Shown: positions 36,429 to 47,039, counted from the first letter of the stretch. The stretch is 64,000 nt of DNA from Candidatus Moraniibacteriota bacterium (GCA_052034935.1 JBPOIB010000009.1:2357-66356); one strand, 5' to 3'. The notes: generated from the letters alone by a model not told the origin. Numbers and translations are program-made.

Positions 36429-39068
36429 ATGTCACCGAAGAAAAAGCTCCTTGTCCTCCTCGATGGCAATGCAATTATTCATCGGTCATACCATGCTTTG
36501 CCACCAATGGCGACGAAGACGGGGGAATCGGTGCATGCTGTCTATGGTTTCGCGATGACCTTGTTTTCAGTGATTGAGAAATTCAAGCCGGACTATATCG
36601 CGGCGTCATTTGATCTGCCGGGCGGAACCTTTCGTGACGAACTCTATGCGGACTACAAGGCGACCCGGACCGCCGCTCCAGATGATTTGTATGCGCAGAT
36701 TCCGAAAGTGAAGGAACTCGTCCAAGCGATGAATATCCCGATTTATGAACTACCCGGATTTGAGGCTGATGATTGTGTCGGAACGCTTGCCCGGCAAGGA
36801 GAAGCATCCGGTGTCGATGTCGTGATCGTGACCGGGGACGCAGACACGCTTCAGCTGGTGACCGATCACGTGAAAGTGTATGCGCTCCGAAAGGGAATGA
36901 AGGATTTGGTACTGTATGGCATTCCGGAAGTAACTGAGAAGTACGGTTTCCCACCGGAGCGACTCGTTGACTACAAGGGACTCCGCGGTGATTCATCCGA
37001 CAATATTCCCGGGGTGAAGGGGATTGGCGAAAAAGGCGCGACGGACCTCATTCAGGAATTTGGTTCGCTGGAAGACATCTATGCGGCGCTCGAAAAAGTG
37101 AAACCAAAAGTGCGTGAGAAACTTGAAGCCGATCGCGAGATGGCGTTCCTTTCGAAGAAGCTCGGCACGATTGATACTACGGCACCCGTCATGCTCATGC
37201 TCGCCGATGCCGTGACACGTGATTTTGATCAGCTGAAGATTGAGCAGTTTCTCCGAGCACTTGATTTCTACAGTCTGATCAATCGTATCCCGGGAAGCGG
37301 TGAAAAGAAAAATGGTGTCGAAAAATCGCTTGAAAGGACAAAAAAACAGGCCAAAAAAACGAAACGGATCGAGACGGAGGCTGATACGAAGGAGTGTCTC
37401 GAACGCTTCAGCAGCGAGTCCGTAGCCGTTGTTGTGAACGAGAAAGAGGCATCGCTTTTCGGCAGTGCCGGCATTGAGTCAGTCGGTCTCGCGGGTGTGA
37501 GTGAGGCAGTGGAGATCATTTGGAACGGTGTGACTGAGAAACAGCTCGCCGCATTTCTTTCTGATGCGAACCGAAAAAAAATCGCGGTCGACAGTAAAGC
37601 GATCATGCATGCACTTCTTCCACTCGGGGTTTCGTTTGCTGGCGTCGTCGAAGATATTTTGCTCGCCGTCTATATCCTTCACGCTGGCCGCCGGTCGGAT
37701 ATCGAATCACTCATCATGGAACATGAGGGCACCGTCTGGACCGAGCTTTCTGCTCGTGAAAAGGCAATGGCCGTCCGGAAACTAGCACTCGCGCTCCGTG
37801 CCGATCTCGAGGCGCTTGCGAAAGAACAGGGGGGCGAGGAGACGGTCGTGACGCTCTTGGATCGGATCGAACTTCCACTCGTGTCTGTCTTGTTCAATAT
37901 GGAAAAGGCCGGCATCCTTCTCGATCCGAAGATTTTTCAGACACTTTCAAAAGAGATTGACGCTTCAGTGCAGTCGCTCGAAAAAGAAATTCATAAATTG
38001 GCTGGCAAAGAGTTTAATCTGAATTCACCAAAACAACTCGCTGATATACTATTTGTTGATCTCGCTATTCCGACGGCGGGGATTAAGAAAAACAAAACTG
38101 GCTATTCGACCGCCTCGCCAGAGCTCGAGAAACTGCGCGCTGATTTCCCAATCGTGAAATTCATCGAAGATTATCGGGAGCTCTTCAAATTGAAGACGAC
38201 GTATATCGATGTGCTGCCTGGTCTCGTGAAGCCCGATGGACGACTCCATACGACCTTCCGCCAAGACATCGCTTCTACCGGTCGGTTGTCTTCGGCTGAC
38301 CCGAACTTGCAGAACATTCCGATCCGGACCGAGTGGGGTGCGCGGATCCGTGATGGCTTCGTGGCGGCTCCTGGAAAAAAGCTTGTCGGTGCTGACTACT
38401 CACAGATCGAGCTTCGCATCGCCGCCCATCTCTCAGGCGATGAAAATATGACGATGGCCTTCATCGAGGGCGAGGACATCCATCGGGCGACGGCTGCACT
38501 CGTCCATGGGCTGAAGCCCGAAGAAGTGAGCGATAGTCTCCGGCGCGAGGCGAAGGCGCTCAATTTCGGTATCATCTACGGGATGGGGGCGTTCGGGCTT
38601 GCGCAGGCGACCGATATGGACCAGAAAAAAGCGGCTCAGTTTATCAAGGACTATCTGGCGAAGTTTTCGGGCGTGGCCAAGTATATGGACGAGATGCGGA
38701 AGCAGGCTCACGAAAAAGGCTATGTCGAGACAGCACTCGGCCGAAGGCGGACATTGCCGGAAATCCAATCGACCAACCAGGCCTTGGTGCGTGGAGCGGA
38801 GCGGATGGCCATCAATATGCCGATTCAGGGCTTGGCGGCAGACATCATGAAGCTCGCGATGCTCGCGGCCGAGGAACTGGTCAAAACAAAATACGCTGGT
38901 TCTGCAAAACTCCTTCTCCAAATCCATGACGAACTCATCGCTGAAGTGGATGAAAGCGTTGCTGAAGCCTTCGCGAAAGACCTGAAACAATCGATGGAGG
39001 GCGTCTATACGCTCTCCGTACCACTCGCAGTATCAGTTGAAATTGGTGATAATTGGGGAGAAATCTAA
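36429..39068 (+). CDS. polA: DNA polymerase I (3'-5' exonuclease domain degenerate)
   Basis: LLDG, YKATR, EADD, GDSSDNIPGV; TGRLSS.DPNLQNIP, ADYSQIELR, AKALNFG, QIHDE. Confidence 0.97.
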   Translation: MSPKKKLLVLLDGNAIIHRSYHALPPMATKTGESVHAVYGFAMTLFSVIEKFKPDYIAASFDLPGGTFRDELYADYKATRTAAPDDLYAQIPKVKELVQAMNIPIYELPGFEADDCVGTLARQGEASGVDVVIVTGDADTLQLVTDHVKVYALRKGMKDLVLYGIPEVTEKYGFPPERLVDYKGLRGDSSDNIPGVKGIGEKGATDLIQEFGSLEDIYAALEKVKPKVREKLEADREMAFLSKKLGTIDTTAPVMLMLADAVTRDFDQLKIEQFLRALDFYSLINRIPGSGEKKNGVEKSLERTKKQAKKTKRIETEADTKECLERFSSESVAVVVNEKEASLFGSAGIESVGLAGVSEAVEIIWNGVTEKQLAAFLSDANRKKIAVDSKAIMHALLPLGVSFAGVVEDILLAVYILHAGRRSDIESLIMEHEGTVWTELSAREKAMAVRKLALALRADLEALAKEQGGEETVVTLLDRIELPLVSVLFNMEKAGILLDPKIFQTLSKEIDASVQSLEKEIHKLAGKEFNLNSPKQLADILFVDLAIPTAGIKKNKTGYSTASPELEKLRADFPIVKFIEDYRELFKLKTTYIDVLPGLVKPDGRLHTTFRQDIASTGRLSSADPNLQNIPIRTEWGARIRDGFVAAPGKKLVGADYSQIELRIAAHLSGDENMTMAFIEGEDIHRATAALVHGLKPEEVSDSLRREAKALNFGIIYGMGAFGLAQATDMDQKKAAQFIKDYLAKFSGVAKYMDEMRKQAHEKGYVETALGRRRTLPEIQSTNQALVRGAERMAINMPIQGLAADIMKLAMLAAEELVKTKYAGSAKLLLQIHDELIAEVDESVAEAFAKDLKQSMEGVYTLSVPLAVSVEIGDNWGEI

Positions 39069-39092
39069 CTTAGCTGCCATCAGAATAAAACT

Positions 39093-39118
39093 AAAACCGG
39101 CCCTTCGGCCGGTTTTTT
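39093..39118. terminator. bidirectional terminator after polA
   Basis: AAAACCGGCC-CTTC-GGCCGGTTTT. Confidence 0.85.
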
Positions 39119-39128
39119 CTATTTCCCC

Positions 39129-39392
39129 TTAGTTCTGGCCTTTTTGAATCAGGCCATCAAGTCGGGCGCGGACCCGAGCGAGTGCTGTAAGAGTATCAGC
39201 ATCTCCCGGCTTCTGCTGGAGCCGACCTTCCATTCGATCAACGGCATCTTCGAGTTCGCTCATTTCAGCACCCTCGATTGCAGTATCTCGGACTACCTGC
39301 TCAAACGCAGAGTCTTCGCCTACCTTCTTCGGATCGAGATGGAAATCAGCAGTCGGCCTCTTCCACTCTTCTGTTGGCAGTTCTAGCGACAT
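39129..39392 (-). CDS. hypothetical protein
   Basis: 87-aa helical ORF filling the polA-mutM gap. Confidence 0.55.
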   Translation of the reverse strand: MSLELPTEEWKRPTADFHLDPKKVGEDSAFEQVVRDTAIEGAEMSELEDAVDRMEGRLQQKPGDADTLTALARVRARLDGLIQKGQN

Positions 39393-39549
39393 ATTTTTTT
39401 GTTGCTACGGGTTAATTAAATAAAAAAGACCGGTCACCCGGTTCTTTTACCTTCACAGTATAGCAGAAAAAAAGGCCAGAGTCAATCATTTTTTGGCGCT
39501 CGCAGTGAATGAGAAAAGCGATTACAATGGCTGTACAAAACTTTCCTTT

Positions 39550-40398
39550 ATGCCCGAACTTCCCGAGGTCCAAACCGTGGTCAGTCAGCTGGCGAAGAAA
39601 ATCATTGGCAAGACCGTGGCTAGTTTTTGGTCGGATTGGGAGAAACAAGTGAAGCCGGGACTCCGGAAGCTTTCAAAAATGGCAATCGGCGGGACGGTGC
39701 TCGGGACACGGCGAATCGGGAAGCACATTATCATTGATCTCGATAATGAAGTCTCGCTCGTTGTCCATTTGAAAATGTCAGGGCATCTCCTCTATAAGGA
39801 GCCGGCCAACAAGGATGCGGCGGAGTGGTTGGATCCGATGAACCGCTTCGTCCATCACCGGATTGATTTCACCGATGGGTCCTGGGTAGATTTCTCCGAT
39901 CTCCGGAAGTTCGGCTGGATCGATGGTGTCGCGACCGCTGAGGTCGAAACGATGAAATCAATTGCTTTCCTCGGCTGCGACGCACTGGCCGGCGAGTGTG
40001 ATTTCGATTTCTTTGATGCTCTGCTCAAGAAAAGCGTACGAAAAAAGATCGCGACGCTTCTTCTGGAACAGGACAAGATCGCCGGTATCGGCAATATCTA
40101 TCGGAGCGAAATGCTCTATCGAGCCGGCATCCGTCCGCTTCGGCTTGTGGGGAAAATCACCAAGGCCGAACGGGCGAAACTATTCCAATCGATGAAAGAT
40201 GTTCTGCGCGAGGCGGTGCGACTGCGCGGGACAACCGATGGAGATTTCCGTGATACGGCTGGCTTGCCGGGCGGCTTTCAAAAGACACTCTTCGTCTATG
40301 GCCGGGAAGGGCTTCCCTGCAAGCACTGTGATACAATAGTGGTGCGAAAAAAACTTGGTAGCCGGAGCATCTTTTACTGTCCGGCCTGTCAAAAATAA
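39550..40398 (+). CDS. mutM: formamidopyrimidine-DNA glycosylase
   Basis: MPELPEV N-terminus, HLKMSG, DLRKFG, AGIGNIY, CxxC...YCPACQ zinc finger. Confidence 0.97.
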   Translation: MPELPEVQTVVSQLAKKIIGKTVASFWSDWEKQVKPGLRKLSKMAIGGTVLGTRRIGKHIIIDLDNEVSLVVHLKMSGHLLYKEPANKDAAEWLDPMNRFVHHRIDFTDGSWVDFSDLRKFGWIDGVATAEVETMKSIAFLGCDALAGECDFDFFDALLKKSVRKKIATLLLEQDKIAGIGNIYRSEMLYRAGIRPLRLVGKITKAERAKLFQSMKDVLREAVRLRGTTDGDFRDTAGLPGGFQKTLFVYGREGLPCKHCDTIVVRKKLGSRSIFYCPACQK

Positions 40399-40413
40399 TT
40401 CTGAAACATCACT

Positions 40414-41523
40414 ATGCAAACGCGGCAGAAAGTCGTCATTGTCGTCATCTTGCTCCTTCTCGGGGGCGCTGGGTATGTGTATTTCTTCGGCGGAGACTCG
40501 AAGAAGTCCGAGAAGCAAATCGATATCAATAATACGCCGAAAGCCGGGACGGCCGCCGATGCGAAGCCGAGGAACCCGGAGAATATGAGCTCCATCGCTG
40601 GTCTCGGCTGCGCGGATTGGAAGCGCCGGCCGGTCGCGGTCATGCAGCCAGCCGATGCGACGGCTCGCCCGGCGGCCGGGTTCTCGGAAGCCGACATGGT
40701 CTTCGAGATGCCGGTTATCACTGCGACCATCAATCGTCTCATGGGTGTCTACCAGTGCAATCAGCCGAAAGAAGTCGGCGCGGTTCGCTCCTCTCGGCAT
40801 GACTTCCTCCCGATCGCCAAAAGCCTCGGCGCGATTTATGTCCATTGGGGTGGATCACACTTTGCACTCGATAAGATTAAGGAAGGAATTCTCGACAATA
40901 TCGATTGCACCGGTGCAGCGGGTAATGGTGCTGGAACGGAAGTCTGCTACCGAGCGGAACGGGTTGGCACGATGAAGCTTGAAGATTCGAGTCGGGTGAA
41001 TGTCCAGACTGCTTTCGAACGCGCGAAGGCATTGGGCTACGGTCTCGAGGATACGTTCGCTGGTTATCCGCATCAGGACGAAGCGCCGCTGGAAGCCCGT
41101 CCGACGGGCAGTCATATCCGTATCGGCTATCCGGGAACAGGGGAAGTGGAGTACTACTATGACAAGGAAACGAATACCTGGAAGCGACTCTGGGGAAATG
41201 CCGCCGATACCGATCGAAACAACGGTACCCGTATCGCTCCGAAGAATGTCGCCGTCGTCTACTCACGTTCCGAACAGATCGAGGGGCAGTACAATAATAT
41301 GCAGCTCGGTGATCCCTGGTATGACCAGACGGACTCTGGCGAGGCTTCGTACTACATGAATGGCAAAGAGACGAAGGGCTCGTGGAAAAAGGATAAGAGT
41401 AATCTCGGGAGCAAGTTCATGTTCCTCGATCAGGCGGGAAATGAAATCAAGTTCGTCCCGGGCCAAATCTGGGTAAATGTTGTGGAGCCAGGCACCGCGT
41501 TTGTCTGGGAGCCGGGTACATAA
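40414..41523 (+). CDS. DUF3048 domain membrane-anchored protein
   Basis: RPVAVM...ARP..G.SEADMVFE, VGAVRSSR, HWGGS, PGQIWV. Confidence 0.85.
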   Translation: MQTRQKVVIVVILLLLGGAGYVYFFGGDSKKSEKQIDINNTPKAGTAADAKPRNPENMSSIAGLGCADWKRRPVAVMQPADATARPAAGFSEADMVFEMPVITATINRLMGVYQCNQPKEVGAVRSSRHDFLPIAKSLGAIYVHWGGSHFALDKIKEGILDNIDCTGAAGNGAGTEVCYRAERVGTMKLEDSSRVNVQTAFERAKALGYGLEDTFAGYPHQDEAPLEARPTGSHIRIGYPGTGEVEYYYDKETNTWKRLWGNAADTDRNNGTRIAPKNVAVVYSRSEQIEGQYNNMQLGDPWYDQTDSGEASYYMNGKETKGSWKKDKSNLGSKFMFLDQAGNEIKFVPGQIWVNVVEPGTAFVWEPGT

Positions 41524-41540
41524 GAGAAACATTTCGCTAT

Positions 41541-41567
41541 GAAAAACCCGCTCTGGAAGCGGGTTTT
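41541..41567 (+). terminator. intrinsic terminator
   Basis: AAAAACCCGCT-N5-AGCGGGTTTTT. Confidence 0.75.
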
Positions 41568-41583
41568 TGCTATACTAGTGGAT

Positions 41584-42543
41584 ATGCTGATGTATCTTTT
41601 CGGGAGCGACCATTTTCGTCTGCGGCTTCGCGAACGCGCGCTTGTGGCGGAGTTTCAGGGTACGCACTCTGCTTCTGAGGAGCGGATTTTCGACGGCCGC
41701 GATACTGATGACCACATTCTTTCGAGTTTACAAGAGAGCTTCTCGGGCGGATTGTTTGCGAATCCGAGAGTTGTCCTCATTCGACATGTCGAGCTCTTCG
41801 ATGAGAAGCTGTGCGGCGCCATCATCGACCTGTTGGCGCGTGAAATCTCTGAAGAGGTTTGTGTTATCATGAGCGCCGAACCAGTGGGTCGAGCGAAGAA
41901 GGGGAATTCGCTCCAGCTTTGGGTCATCAAAAATGCTCAAGCAGAAGAAGTGAATGTACTGACGGGACGACAACTCTCTCAATTGATTACGAGCTTGCTC
42001 TGTGACATCGATCCGAAATCGACTATCGAGCTGCGAGCAATTGAACTACTCGCTTTTCGGACAGCCGGAGCGACGGGCCATATCTATCACGATCTCTTGA
42101 AACTCGTCCTCGCGACCGAGGGGCGAACTATCACCGAATCAGATGTCCGCAATCTTGTCGATGAACCGGCCGGAGAAAGCGTCTCCTTCGTGCTCCTCGA
42201 ACAGATTGTGCGAGGAAACCGGGAGCAGGCGGTTTCACTTCTCCGTCAGGAGGAATCGAACGAGGACGCAGTCTTCAAACTCCTGGGACTTTTCGCCTGG
42301 CAAGTGAGGCAGGCGCTCATGGTCCGGGATGAATATGACCGTGGCATGACTTCTCCCGAAAGTATTGCTGCTGCAATTGGTGCCAAGCCGTTTTCTGTGC
42401 GAAAGCTTTTGCCGCTCATCTCGAGACTGTCTCTCGCTCGTTTGAAGCGCTCGCTCGCGTACCTCGCCGACCTCGACCGTGAAATAAAGACCGGTCAGAC
42501 TCGCCCAGGCGTCGCCCTCGACCTTTTCATCTGGAAGTTCTAG
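41584..42543 (+). CDS. holA: DNA polymerase III delta subunit
   Basis: YLFG.D.F start, GLF..PRVVLI, PFSVRK, LADLDREIKTG; adjacent to rpsT. Confidence 0.88.
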   Translation: MLMYLFGSDHFRLRLRERALVAEFQGTHSASEERIFDGRDTDDHILSSLQESFSGGLFANPRVVLIRHVELFDEKLCGAIIDLLAREISEEVCVIMSAEPVGRAKKGNSLQLWVIKNAQAEEVNVLTGRQLSQLITSLLCDIDPKSTIELRAIELLAFRTAGATGHIYHDLLKLVLATEGRTITESDVRNLVDEPAGESVSFVLLEQIVRGNREQAVSLLRQEESNEDAVFKLLGLFAWQVRQALMVRDEYDRGMTSPESIAAAIGAKPFSVRKLLPLISRLSLARLKRSLAYLADLDREIKTGQTRPGVALDLFIWKF

Positions 42544-42548
42544 TAACA

Positions 42549-42574
42549 AAAAACTCCCCGCAAGGGGAGTTTTT
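42549..42574. terminator. bidirectional terminator between holA and rpsT
   Basis: AAAAACTCCCC-GCAA-GGGGAGTTTTT. Confidence 0.85.
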
Positions 42575-42592
42575 ATTTCACTTGGAAGCAAG

Positions 42593-42862
42593 TTACTTTG
42601 TTGTGAGTTTCTTCACAGCAGCATTGAGGCGAGACTTGCGGCGGGCGGCATTGTTCTTCTTGATGACGTTCTTCTCAGCGGCCTTGTCGAGCGCCTTCTG
42701 TGCTTTCAGGAACCACTCCTTCGCACCGGCGGCATCGGCCTTGGCGATAGCCTCGCGCGTCCCTTTGACTGTGCTCTTGATCACACCTTTGATGGAGCGA
42801 TTGCGGAGCGTGTTCTTGGCGGTGACGCGCATGTACTTCTTGGCGGACTCTTTGATCGGCAT
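42593..42862 (-). CDS. rpsT: 30S ribosomal protein S20
   Basis: MPIKESAKK, LDKAA, NNAARRKSRL. Confidence 0.96.
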   Translation of the reverse strand: MPIKESAKKYMRVTAKNTLRNRSIKGVIKSTVKGTREAIAKADAAGAKEWFLKAQKALDKAAEKNVIKKNNAARRKSRLNAAVKKLTTK

Positions 42863-43001
42863 ATTCTTTACTCAAAACTAAAATCGGATGAAAAAACACA
42901 CAAAAGCGACAGAACAGAGAAACCTGAGACGTCTCCATTTTTAGCACAACTTCGCCGTTTAGGCAAGCCATTTCCCTGCATGGTAAAATAGGGGCACTTC
43001 T

Positions 43002-43574
43002 ATGATTCGAGCTCTCAAAGGAACGGTTGGTTCCATCCATCCTCAATATGCCATCATCTTTGTTGGCGGCATTGGCTACCAGGTCTATGTCTCGGCGTAT
43101 ACCTCAGGCAAGCTCGCTGGCATGAGTGGTGTGGAACTTCATATCCATACCCATGTCAGGGAGGATCAATTTAATCTCTTCGGTTTCATCACCGAGGATG
43201 AGCTTTCGATGTTTGAGCTCCTCATCTCCGTCTCAGGTGTGGGGCCGAAGGCCGCGCTCGGCATCTTGGCCATCGCGGAACCGAAGACGATTCGAACCGC
43301 CATCGTGAACAAGGATCCGTCAATCCTCACTCGAGTCTCGGGTGTCGGGAAGAAAACGGCAGAAAAAGTCATTGTCGAACTGCAGAATAAGGTTTCAGCC
43401 GCTGACGTGACGGATCAAGCCGGTGCTTTGGCCGAACAGGAATCGATTGAGGCGCTGACCGCTCTCGGCTACACGGTTTCTGAAGCGCGCGATGCGCTCA
43501 AGAGTGTCCCGATCGATATCACGAGTGTCGGGGAGCGGCTCAAGCAGGCGCTCAAAAGCCTCGGCAAGAAATAA
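43002..43574 (+). CDS. ruvA: Holliday junction DNA-binding protein
   Basis: GGIGY, HVRED..LFGF, VSGVGPK.AL, GVGKKTA, ALTALGY. Confidence 0.96.
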   Translation: MIRALKGTVGSIHPQYAIIFVGGIGYQVYVSAYTSGKLAGMSGVELHIHTHVREDQFNLFGFITEDELSMFELLISVSGVGPKAALGILAIAEPKTIRTAIVNKDPSILTRVSGVGKKTAEKVIVELQNKVSAADVTDQAGALAEQESIEALTALGYTVSEARDALKSVPIDITSVGERLKQALKSLGKK

Positions 43575-43578
43575 CCTT

Positions 43579-44586
43579 GTGGCCTCACCATCCTTCCTCA
43601 CCACTCATGCGCCAGACGGTGGCCTCCTCCAATCGGAGGAATGGGCGAAGCTTCAGACTGCTTCGGGTCGCGAGGCGATACCTTTTCAGGGGACTGGTTT
43701 CGAAGGAGTTGCCTTTCGACAGGTGTCGCACTTCTTTGGTCGCTACCTTTTTATTCCGCGAGGACCGGTTACTGACAGTGTGAATCTCGATGCTGAGGTC
43801 TTGAAGAAAGAGCTCATGCGTATCGCTCTGGAACGTCGGACACACTGGTTGCGGGTCGAGCCTCAAACGGAGGCCTGTCTTCAGTTGCTCCGGCAGGTCT
43901 TTGGTGAAGACAAAATCGTTCCAGCACCGCGCGATATCAATCCACGCGAGATATTTTTCGTCTCGCTCGAGGGCGAGGTATTGATGTGGTTCGAACGAAT
44001 GAAGCCAAAGACGCGGTACAATGTCCGACTGGCCGAGAAGCACGGTGTGGCCATTCGTTTCTCGCGAACGACGGAAGATATTGAGGTATTCATCGACCTC
44101 ATCTATGCCACTACGAATCGCAAAGCCATCGCGCCGCATCCGAAGAAATACTACCGAAGATTTTTTACGACAATGCCAGAAGAAATGTGTACGATTGCAC
44201 TGGCCGAACATGAAGGCCAGGTAATCGCCGCAAGTCTACTCGTTTTCTTTGGCGGCACAGCGTACTATCTCCATGGTGGATCGGCGGGGATGAAACGAGA
44301 ACTGATGGCGCCGTTTCTTCTCCACTTCAAAAGCATGGAAGAAGCAAAGTGCCGTGGCTGTTCGCGTTATGACTTTGGTGGTGTTCGAATTCTTTCCAAG
44401 AAGGGACCAGCCGATTCAGATTGGGACGGCATTACCCGTTTCAAACAAGGCTTCGATCCGAAAGCCGAGACACTCCTTTTTCCGGGCACTTATGATATTA
44501 TCCTGTCGCCATTCCGCTATGCGCTCTATCGACACTTGCGGCGAGCTACCGGTGTACGACGGATTATGAGGAGCTGGTTCAAATAG
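43579..44586 (+). CDS. FemAB/FemX peptidoglycan bridge aminoacyl-transferase (start approximate, GTG)
   Basis: LLQSEEW, PRGP, MKPKTRYNVR.A, YLHGGS, YDFGG, GITRFKQGF. Confidence 0.9.
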   Translation: MASPSFLTTHAPDGGLLQSEEWAKLQTASGREAIPFQGTGFEGVAFRQVSHFFGRYLFIPRGPVTDSVNLDAEVLKKELMRIALERRTHWLRVEPQTEACLQLLRQVFGEDKIVPAPRDINPREIFFVSLEGEVLMWFERMKPKTRYNVRLAEKHGVAIRFSRTTEDIEVFIDLIYATTNRKAIAPHPKKYYRRFFTTMPEEMCTIALAEHEGQVIAASLLVFFGGTAYYLHGGSAGMKRELMAPFLLHFKSMEEAKCRGCSRYDFGGVRILSKKGPADSDWDGITRFKQGFDPKAETLLFPGTYDIILSPFRYALYRHLRRATGVRRIMRSWFK

Positions 44587-44601
44587 TAGTTATCTATACC
44601 T

Positions 44602-45873
44602 ATGAAAGAGATAAGGCGCTTTGTCTCACAACTCTTGCCCCAGGTCGTAAAGAACTACGCCTATCACTGGCCGCTCGCGATCACCGCTAACCTCGCTTTC
44701 GGTTTTCCGTCGCGCGGCATGACCGTTATCGGTGTGACGGGGACAAACGGGAAGACCACCACCACCAAGCTCATCGCGGTGATTCTCACCGAGAGTGGGA
44801 AGAAAACTGCCTATGCCTCGACCATCGAATATGGTATCGGCGACAAACATTGGGTGAATGCGTCTAAATTCACTACTTCTTCCGCTTGGCAGCTTCAGAA
44901 ATTCCTGAGTGAGGCGAAGCAGGCGGGCTGTACCCATGTCGTCCTCGAGACCTCATCGCACGCCCTCGACCAGCTTCGAGTCTGGGGCATATCGTACACC
45001 GTCGCTGTCATGACGAATGTCACGCGTGAGCACCTTGATTATCATGTGACCATGGAGGCGTATCGGCGAGCCAAGCGAAAGCTTTTCGACGGTGTGAAGT
45101 ATGCGGTCGTGAATACTGACATGGAACATCCAGAAGAATATTTTATTCCCGAACCAGGTGAGACTATCACCTATAGCACGAAAAATCCGGACGCTAGTAT
45201 CACGGCCAGCGAGATTGAACTTGACCTTTCCGGGACGCGTTTTCTGGCACTGGGAACATCGTTCCGTCTCCGGCTCCCGGGACTCTTCAATGTCGAAAAC
45301 GCGCTTGCAGCCATTGCGACCGGCAGGACACTCGGTATCGATACCGAGACGATGAAACGAGCGCTCGGAAATATCACCGGCATACCAGGTCGGATGGAAA
45401 TGGTCGCCAACGACCGGCAGATCGATATCCTCATCGACTATGCGGTGACGCCAGACTCTTTCGAAAAGCTCTACCACGTAGTGACACCGATGCGGATTCC
45501 GGGAACGAAAATCATCCACGTATTTGGTGCGTGCGGTGAGCGCGACCGGGGGAAACGGCCAGTGATGGGAAAGATTGCTTCTGAAAACGCTGATGTCGTT
45601 ATCCTAACGAATGAGGATCCCTACCACGAGGACCCGGAGCGGATTATCGATGAAATCGCAGCGGGTGTGGATCGGAAGAACAGCGAGCGGTATTTTCGGA
45701 TTTTCGATCGGCGTGAAGCAATCGCCAAGGCGATTTCATTGGCGGAGGCCGGGGATATTATCCTCACTACCGGTAAGGGTGCCGAAGAAACGATGGCCTT
45801 GGGCGATAAACGGGTCCCGTGGAAGGAGCAGAAAGTGATTCAGGAAATTCTCCAAGAAAAAAGCAGTGAATAA
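44602..45873 (+). CDS. murE: UDP-MurNAc-tripeptide ligase
   Basis: GVTGTNGKTTT, LETSSHAL, TNVTREHLDYH, PGRME, DYA, GACGERD..KRP.MG. Confidence 0.92.
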   Translation: MKEIRRFVSQLLPQVVKNYAYHWPLAITANLAFGFPSRGMTVIGVTGTNGKTTTTKLIAVILTESGKKTAYASTIEYGIGDKHWVNASKFTTSSAWQLQKFLSEAKQAGCTHVVLETSSHALDQLRVWGISYTVAVMTNVTREHLDYHVTMEAYRRAKRKLFDGVKYAVVNTDMEHPEEYFIPEPGETITYSTKNPDASITASEIELDLSGTRFLALGTSFRLRLPGLFNVENALAAIATGRTLGIDTETMKRALGNITGIPGRMEMVANDRQIDILIDYAVTPDSFEKLYHVVTPMRIPGTKIIHVFGACGERDRGKRPVMGKIASENADVVILTNEDPYHEDPERIIDEIAAGVDRKNSERYFRIFDRREAIAKAISLAEAGDIILTTGKGAEETMALGDKRVPWKEQKVIQEILQEKSSE

Positions 45874-45921
45874 GCTAAAGAGCGAGGCACGAGGGCCCCG
45901 CTCTTTATTATGTGGCGACTC

Positions 45922-46371
45922 CTAGCCGAATATCCGGATGAGTATAGTCGAGAGGAAGAAACCGATAAAGCCACCAACGATAACTTCACTCGTGCGGTGA
46001 CCAACACGCTCCTTGAGGCGGGGGAACTCGCTCGAAGAGAGCTTCAGGGTTTGGATAAGCGTATTCAGATAACGCCCCTGATCGCCGAGGTACATGCGAA
46101 GCCGGACCGCGTCGTCGATGATGAGAAAGGCAATGGCGACCGCGACCGCGAAAGCACCGGATCCGATACCCTCGTAGTAACCGATCGAGGTGAGGAGAGA
46201 GATTGCGAAGGCAGTGTGGGCGCTCGGCATGTGGCCGTGGGTGGCGATGTATTCGAGTTTCCAGCCGTGCTTCATGCTGTACATGACGAACTTCATGATT
46301 TGCGTGATGACACTCACGATAATCGGGATGAGGAAGACGGCGTGTTCTTGAAAAAATTGGTTGGGTATCAT
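45922..46371 (-). CDS. divergent PAP2 family protein (DUF212)
   Basis: GHMPSAHTA, DDA..LR..G.Q, LKERVGH. Confidence 0.9.
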   Translation of the reverse strand: MIPNQFFQEHAVFLIPIIVSVITQIMKFVMYSMKHGWKLEYIATHGHMPSAHTAFAISLLTSIGYYEGIGSGAFAVAVAIAFLIIDDAVRLRMYLGDQGRYLNTLIQTLKLSSSEFPRLKERVGHRTSEVIVGGFIGFFLSTILIRIFG

Positions 46372-46477
46372 GTCGCCAGTATATCACCAGGGTCGGTAAT
46401 CGGACGAGTGCAGGCGGCTTTTCGGTGCTCAGGATTCTGTTATAATCAAGCTACAGAAATCCTCTAATTTTATCCCT

Positions 46478-47032
46478 ATGCTGAGTCTCCCGCTCATTCT
46501 CATCGGTGCTGCTGTAGTCGTGCTGCTTTACGGCGTTGCTCTCTATAATGGTTTTGTGAAGCTCGCGACCCGGGTCGAAGAAGCCTGGAGCGATATCGAT
46601 GTCCAGTTGAAGCGCCGCTACGATCTCATCCCGAACCTCATCAATACGGTGAAGGGTTATGCGGCTCATGAGAGCGGGCTCCTCCAGAAGGTGACTGAGG
46701 CCCGGAGTCAGGCGATGCAGGCCGGGTCGGTCGCAGATCACGGAGCAGCAGAAAATATGCTGACCGGTGCTCTGAAGAGCCTGTTTGCGGTCGCCGAGAA
46801 CTACCCAGACTTGAAAGCGAATACGAATTTCCTCGAGTTGCAGCGCGAACTGTCCGACACGGAGAATAAGATTCAGGCTTCGCGCCGATTCTATAACGGT
46901 ACGGTGATGGAACTCAATACGAAAGTCGATATGTTCCCGTCGAATATCGTCGCTAATATGTTCAAGTTTGCGAAACGCGAATTCTTCGAGATCGAAGAAG
47001 GAGAGAAAGAGCCGGTGAAAGTCGAGTTCTAA
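46478..47032 (+). CDS. lemA: LemA family protein
   Basis: AWSDIDVQLKRRYDLIPNL, AENYPDLKAN, RRFYN. Confidence 0.95.
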   Translation: MLSLPLILIGAAVVVLLYGVALYNGFVKLATRVEEAWSDIDVQLKRRYDLIPNLINTVKGYAAHESGLLQKVTEARSQAMQAGSVADHGAAENMLTGALKSLFAVAENYPDLKANTNFLELQRELSDTENKIQASRRFYNGTVMELNTKVDMFPSNIVANMFKFAKREFFEIEEGEKEPVKVEF

Positions 47033-47039
47033 CCGTCGT

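Noticed and set aside
26436-43574. Scattered ruvA, ruvB and ruvC as a novel arrangement
   Set aside because: Dispersal of ruv genes is common; only the TrmB insertion is reported.
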